Notes under the pieces: generated by a model
Database searches by the model: none
What the model was told of the DNA's origin: nothing
Seen by the model: the letters and a program-made list of their open reading frames with translations, nothing else
Part shown: positions 59,216-64,000 of the stretch, piece after piece
How positions within the stretch are numbered: the first letter of the stretch is position 1
Layout: every line of letters starts with the position of its first letter
Program-made: the position numbers and the translations under genes
From: the human T2T-CHM13v2.0 reference genome, Homo sapiens
Length of the DNA stretch: 64,000 nucleotides
Assembly: GCF_009914755.1 (NCBI RefSeq)
Contig: NC_060935.1
Reading direction: 5' to 3' (one strand)

Positions 59216-59523
59216 CTTTTTGTTTTTGTTTTGTTTTGTTTTTTGAGACAGCGTCTTGCTCTGTTGCCCAGGCAATGTGGTGACACAATCATGGCTAACT
59301 GCAGCCTCGACCTCCCAGGCTCAAGTGATCCTCCCACCTCAGCCTCCTGAGTAGCTGAGACTACAGGTGCATGTCATCACACCTGGCTAATTTTTGTATT
59401 TTTTGCAGAGACTGGGTTTCGCCATGTTGCCCAGGTTGATCTTGAATTCCTGGGCTTAATCGGCCCTCCTGCCTCAGCCTCCCAAAAGTGTTGGGCTACA
59501 GGCATGAGCCACCATGCCCAGCT
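59216..59523 (-). mobile_element. Alu (J-like)
   Basis: Antisense Alu; cagttcatt flanks. Confidence 0.9.
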
Positions 59524-60026
59524 CAGTTCATTACTCTAGTTTCTAGAAAACCAAGCACCTTTTCTTTGTGGAGACTGGAGAACTAGAGCAGCTGGCAATC
59601 TTTCATCGTGCCCTCAAGTTCTCTTTCTCCCCTATGCACTTGCCTTTCTTTCCTCCTCTCTTCCTTCTTGTTCTTTTTCTCCTACCGCCTCTTGGTCTGG
59701 GGCTGCATGTGCCCAGCCTAGGGTGTGTCCTAGAGTAGGATGATTTTGGCATCTGTCCTTGGATTTGGCAAGTCTTAGACTTGCAGAACCAGCCACACCA
59801 CTCTCCAGGGCCTGGGCTGCAGAGAGCATTTGTGACGACAGCCCCTCTGGGTGTGGGCAGAAGTTGATGCTAATGAGGCAGGAGGTAGTCAGGTGGGTGT
59901 GGCTAGGGAGAGGGTGAGGTCCCTTTGGGGATACACCAGGAAATTTGTGTCTGAGGGGCTATGTCCCGATGTCCCGGGATCCAGCAGCATTATTTCCCCC
60001 TTGTTTTTGCCTCTCCTTATCCTCAG

Positions 60027-60162
60027 TAACGTCATCCTGTTCCCCTGGGAACAACAGCAGGCCTTCATCTCCTGGCTCAGGACTCCACGCCAGCAGCCCC
60101 ACTGCATCTCAAAATAACTCCAAAGCAGCAGTGAACTCCGCCTCCAGTTTTAACTCTTCAGG
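60027..60162 (+). CDS. POU2F3: POU2F3 exon 12 (136 nt): Ser/Pro-rich C-terminal region TSSCSPGNNSRPSSPGSG...FNSS(G)
   Basis: cctcag|TA ... AGG|gtaagg; phase 1 to 2; overlaps ORF 59945..60166. Confidence 0.95.
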
Positions 60163-60909
60163 GTAAGGTGAAGGGGACGGTGCAGAGACATCCCAGCAGG
60201 GCCAAGGGACATGTGAGAAGCTGAGCCTATGCCTTGGGAAAGAAAGCTTGTCATAGAAAGGGTTGGAAAAGAGGAATGGGGTGGCACAGAGAGGACAGAG
60301 TGACAGCCAGACTGGACTTTATCCCTAGGGAGTGGAGATTTTAAAAAGAAGCTTCAGTCAGTGAGCCATCCTGGCAAGGAGCTGATGTCAACAAAGTCAA
60401 AATTTCCATCCTTACTTTGAGGGTGGAAATTTCCAAACACTCATGTCAGAAAGAGCCAGGTCCTTTGCTGGGCTTCATGGGAACCCAGTTCTCAGGAGGT
60501 TCTGATGTGAGCCAGAGCTTAGGCACAAAGAAAACCCTGGGCTTCAAACATGGCTGACACAGGGAAAGGGGGAAGTGGTGCCAATTCCTGTCTCCCACTC
60601 CCAGCTGGGATGCAGTGGGGCAGGCAGCCTCCTGGGCTTCAGTTCATGAAGCAAAGAATCTACTCTAAAAAGTATTCTCAGAGCTGATGCCTTGTGAAAG
60701 AGAGATTCTGCCCTGATTCAGAACAACACAGAGATGTGTAGGTTACAGACCTGAGTTCGTCAGAAAAGATGAACCCAGCTGTCCAAATCCAGGCGGTTCA
60801 GCAAGGCAGCCAGTTCTTATTGGCCAATTGTTGCATAGCCCGAAACGTTGGCGCTCCTCACCTACCCCTACTGAGAGAGAGAAAGAGGACCATATAATAT
60901 ACATTACCA

Positions 60910-61100
60910 GCTTTAAAAAATTGTTTCGAGGTATAATTCATATACCATAAAATTCACCGTTTTAAAGTGTGCAGTTCAGTGGTTTTTAGTATATTCACAA
61001 GGTTGTGCAACCATCAGCGTTATCTAATTCCAGGATGTTTTTATTACTCCTACCTGCAAAAGCCCCTGTACCTGCTAGCAGTCACTCCCCATTCCCATCT
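60910..61100 (-). mobile_element. L1MB-like 3'-end fragment just upstream of the last exon
   Basis: gaggtataattcatataccataaaattcaccgttttaaagtgtgcagttcagtggtttttagtatattcacaaggttgtgcaaccatc is a typical antisense L1MB terminus. Confidence 0.75.
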
Positions 61101-61149
61101 TACGCCATCACATTATTAGCTTTAGGATTGACTTCTTTCTTCCTTCCAG

Positions 61150-61189
61150 ATCTTGGTACCGATGGAATCATTCCACCTACCTCCACTGA
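61150..61189 (+). CDS. POU2F3: POU2F3 terminal exon 13, coding part: (G)SWYRWNHSTYLH*
   Basis: Long pyrimidine tract cttctttcttccttccag|A; TGA at 61187-61189. Confidence 0.95.
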
Positions 61190-62225
61190 GACCAAAAAGT
61201 TTCTCCTACTCCAGCTGGCCCTGTATTCCCCCTGGAAGGAAGGGAATCATGCCTTCTATATACAGACAGATTGCCTTCAGAAGAGTGGAAGAAAATCTCC
61301 ACTATCAATGAACCCAGACTCTTGTCTTCTTCAAGAGCAAGGGCCTCCGGAGATCCAAACTGTGATTGAACCAAGTGCAGACTCCTAATGCTCTTGAAAT
61401 ACACAGCCCCTCCTAGGAGCTTACCATTTTCACCTTCCTTGCCTATGCCCTTGCCTTCTAGTTCCAAATATTTTAGCCAGCTTCACTGTGGCAATAGTCT
61501 TTCAGAGAAAAGACTTCTTGCTGTTATTCTCCAACTCATCCGTGGGCTTCTGGGGACAGCCATTTGGCTGGGGTGCCAAACACCAGAAGGGGAGATAATA
61601 GTTTTGACTCTGAACTTGGCCACAACCCCTGAACTGATCCCAAAATCTGTGAAAAGATTTGAATCTGATATCTCCACCAAAGCCTTGATGTTTTCTCTGT
61701 ACAGCTAAGTTTTCTGATGGAATCTTCATCTCACCCCATTTTCTTTTTAACCTCGCCCCCTTTTCTACAATCAAATCCATTCATTATTGCGCCCTCCAGG
61801 TCCCCTCCTTTTTGCAGAAGGTGTAAAAGAGCTGCCCTTGGTGGGTGCCCTGGGCATGTTGCAACGCCTGCTGGTGCCCTTCTGTCTGTCCACGTCTGCC
61901 TAGGGCTCAGGAGTGCTTGTTCTTTCCCTTCCTCCCTGTGTTTCTCTTTATCCTGTCCCCTCTCCTTTCTCCTGGCAGCAGAAAAGGAAGAACACAAGAG
62001 CAAACACACAACAATGATGGTGGCAAAGTACCTGTATATAGCCCTTTCCCATTTTTTGCATTATGTTCTTAACTCCTTAATGTGGAATTTTCCAGCAAAA
62101 TGTTTAACTCAGGTGTGATTTTTGAAAATGTCTCTGTAATATTTTATCTTCTTTAAAAAAAAGGGGGGGAAATACCAAAGTGTGAAATACTGTGCTACCT
62201 TCCAGAGTTCCCACATGGGCTGGGA

Positions 62226-62540
62226 TTTTTTTTTCTTTTTCTTTTTTTTTTTTTTTTTTGAGACAGTCTTGCTCCAGCCCAGGCTGGAGTGCAGTGGCAT
62301 GATCTTGGCTCACTGCATGCTCTGCCACTTGGGTTCAAGCGATTCTCCTACCTCAGCCTCTCAAGTAGCGGGATTACAGGCGCCCACCACCAAAAATTAG
62401 CCCAGCTAATTTTTGTATTTTTAGTAGAGATGGGGTTTCACCATGTTGGTCAGGCTGGTCTTGAACTCCTGACCTCCTGATCCACCCACCTCAGCGTCCC
62501 GAAGTGCTGGGATTACAGGTGTGAGCCACCGCGCCTGGCC
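62226..62540 (-). mobile_element. Antisense Alu inside the POU2F3 3'UTR
   Basis: tgggctggga TSD at 62216-62225 and 62541-62550. Confidence 0.93.
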
Positions 62541-62712
62541 TGGGCTGGGAATCTTTGTTGACTTCTTTGGGAACATTATCTCTAGAGTCTGCTTTTTTGT
62601 GGGCCAGTTTGTAGAGATGTAACATGAAGCCATTCCAGAAATGGTAACTTAAAAAAAAAAAGACTACATGTCTAGGAAACTGTTGAGATTCAAAGGAATC
62701 TCACTGTTCCTA

Positions 62713-62718
62713 AATAAA
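62713..62718 (+). terminator. Polyadenylation signal AATAAA
   Basis: TGTA elements upstream (~62610) and GT/T-rich ttcttgttctgtgcctttttgttgttgtg downstream (62771-62799). Confidence 0.75.
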
Positions 62719-63146
62719 TGTGTATAGTGATTATGAAAAGTATCCCACTGTTGATAAGAAGAGGTTTAGATTCTTGTTCTGTGCCTTTTTGTTGTTGTGG
62801 GGGGCATGTGAGTGCATATAATGAAATGGGATGACAGAAAATGTTTCAAATTGGGACATTAAGTGTATTACTCCCCAAACTGATGCTAAAGATGACATAT
62901 GTTATTACAGGGCCCTGAAGAATTCAGAGTTGTTACTCTCTGTAACATAACTACCTTGAGGGCAGAGTAGGCCAGAGATATTGTAAGTGGGAGGATGGTG
63001 AATGTTTAAGGTGAAGTCATTTGAAACTTAAGAGGTGGGGACTGAGGCTAATGTCTCATGTCTCAGATACCCTGAACGGCAGTTATTCATTACTCACAAC
63101 ATAAAGCAATAAATAGTTAAGGCAGAGGGTAATTTAATAATCACAT

Positions 63147-63299
63147 ATTAGCTGGGCTTGGTGGTGTATGCCTGTAGTCCCAGCTACTGAAGAGCCTGAG
63201 ATGGGAGGATCTATTAAGCCCAGGAAGTCAAGGCTGCAGTGAGCAATGATCATGCCGCTGCACTCCAGCCTGAACAACAGAGTGAGACCCTGTCTCAAA
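63147..63299 (+). mobile_element. Alu right arm only (FRAM/AluJ-like)
   Basis: attagctgggcttggtggtg...gagaccctgtctc. Confidence 0.85.
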
Positions 63300-63315
63300 T
63301 ATACATATTTGTCTC

Positions 63316-63318
<3 letters not shown>

Positions 63319-63363
<45 letters not shown>
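63319..63363. repeat. (TA)22 microsatellite
   Basis: Read directly from the sequence. Confidence 0.95.
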
Positions 63364-63366
<3 letters not shown>

Positions 63367-63464
63367 TTCAGAATGCATTGTGACTTTTGGTTAGGAGGTT
63401 GAAAGGCAGCAAACCTATTCTTGTGTTTTTTCTTAGATTAATACAAATTTAAATAGTTACCGTT

Positions 63465-63549
63465 GGAGCCTGCAGTGAGCCAAGATTGTGCCACTGCACT
63501 CCGGCCTGGGCGACAGAGCGAGACTCCGTCTCAAAAAATAAAATAAGTA
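63465..63549 (+). mobile_element. Severely 5'-truncated Alu (~80 bp)
   Basis: Only the last part of the right arm; taaatagttacc TSD on both sides. Confidence 0.88.
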
Positions 63550-64000
63550 ATAAATAGTTACCATTACTGAGATAAACGCTGACCTGTGGGAAAGAGAGGC
63601 CCTTCAAAAATGTAATGGCTGATGGGGAAAAACTAAAATTAGGATTAAACACTTCTTGCAAATAATAATATCCACACAGGAAACCTAAATATTAATAATG
63701 AAGAGTTAACCGCTCCCTGATGTTTGAATGGGGCTTTAAAAATTCCTATTTCACGTCATGAAGTGGGAGAAGGCCTAATGGTAATGTTTACTTTCTCAAG
63801 AAAATATCTAGTTAAAAGGGGCCAGGTATGTAGCAAAGAGACAGCAAGAGGAGCCTTCCGCAGTACTTTAAGTAACTAAGGGGACTGCTCCACCACCCAT
63901 GAGCCCATCTGTGCATATCCCTGCACACATACACATGCATGCATGCATTCCTCCCTGTATGCCGATGGATGCTAGAGCTGACCCTTTTCTACAGAAGTCC

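Larger units (their letters stand above)
61190..62745 (+). other. POU2F3: POU2F3 3'UTR (~1.55 kb), containing an antisense Alu
   Basis: Lies between the stop codon and an AATAAA that is followed by a GU/U-rich element. The end position is approximate. Confidence 0.75.

Noticed and set aside
61359-61653. miR-27/miR-128-type seed matches in the 3'UTR (ACTGTGA, CACTGTG, CTGTGAA)
   Set aside because: 7-mers are too frequent to call without conservation or AGO-CLIP data.

Overview
This is eukaryotic genomic DNA: Alu-rich, primate and almost certainly human. It covers most of the POU2F3 gene (Skn-1a/Oct-11, a class II POU transcription factor of keratinocytes and tuft cells) on the + strand. Eleven coding exons splice with canonical GT-AG sites and consistent phases: 12000-12034, 41052-41177, 42411-42513, 45073-45155, 47826-48008, 48440-48581, 50275-50411, 52224-52385, 58160-58226, 60027-60162 and 61150-61189 (stop). 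They total 1214 coding nt. Exon numbers 3-13 assume the canonical 436-aa model as I recall it, with the first 97 coding nt lying upstream of the window. The 3'UTR runs to an AATAAA at 62713. The rest is intron and flank containing about 24 Alus, L1/L2/CR1/MIR fragments, a MER20 and simple repeats. Nearly all ORF-track entries are repeat-derived noise. I found no convincing new multi-gene system. The best leads are: a stop-disabled relic of the rodent Skn-1i N-terminus before exon 6; an in-frame intronic ATG before exon 7; a stop-free phase-0 exon 7-10 block bracketed by inverted Alus; two perfect hairpins; a CpG/ETS-rich intronic element; and a strong CTCF motif.
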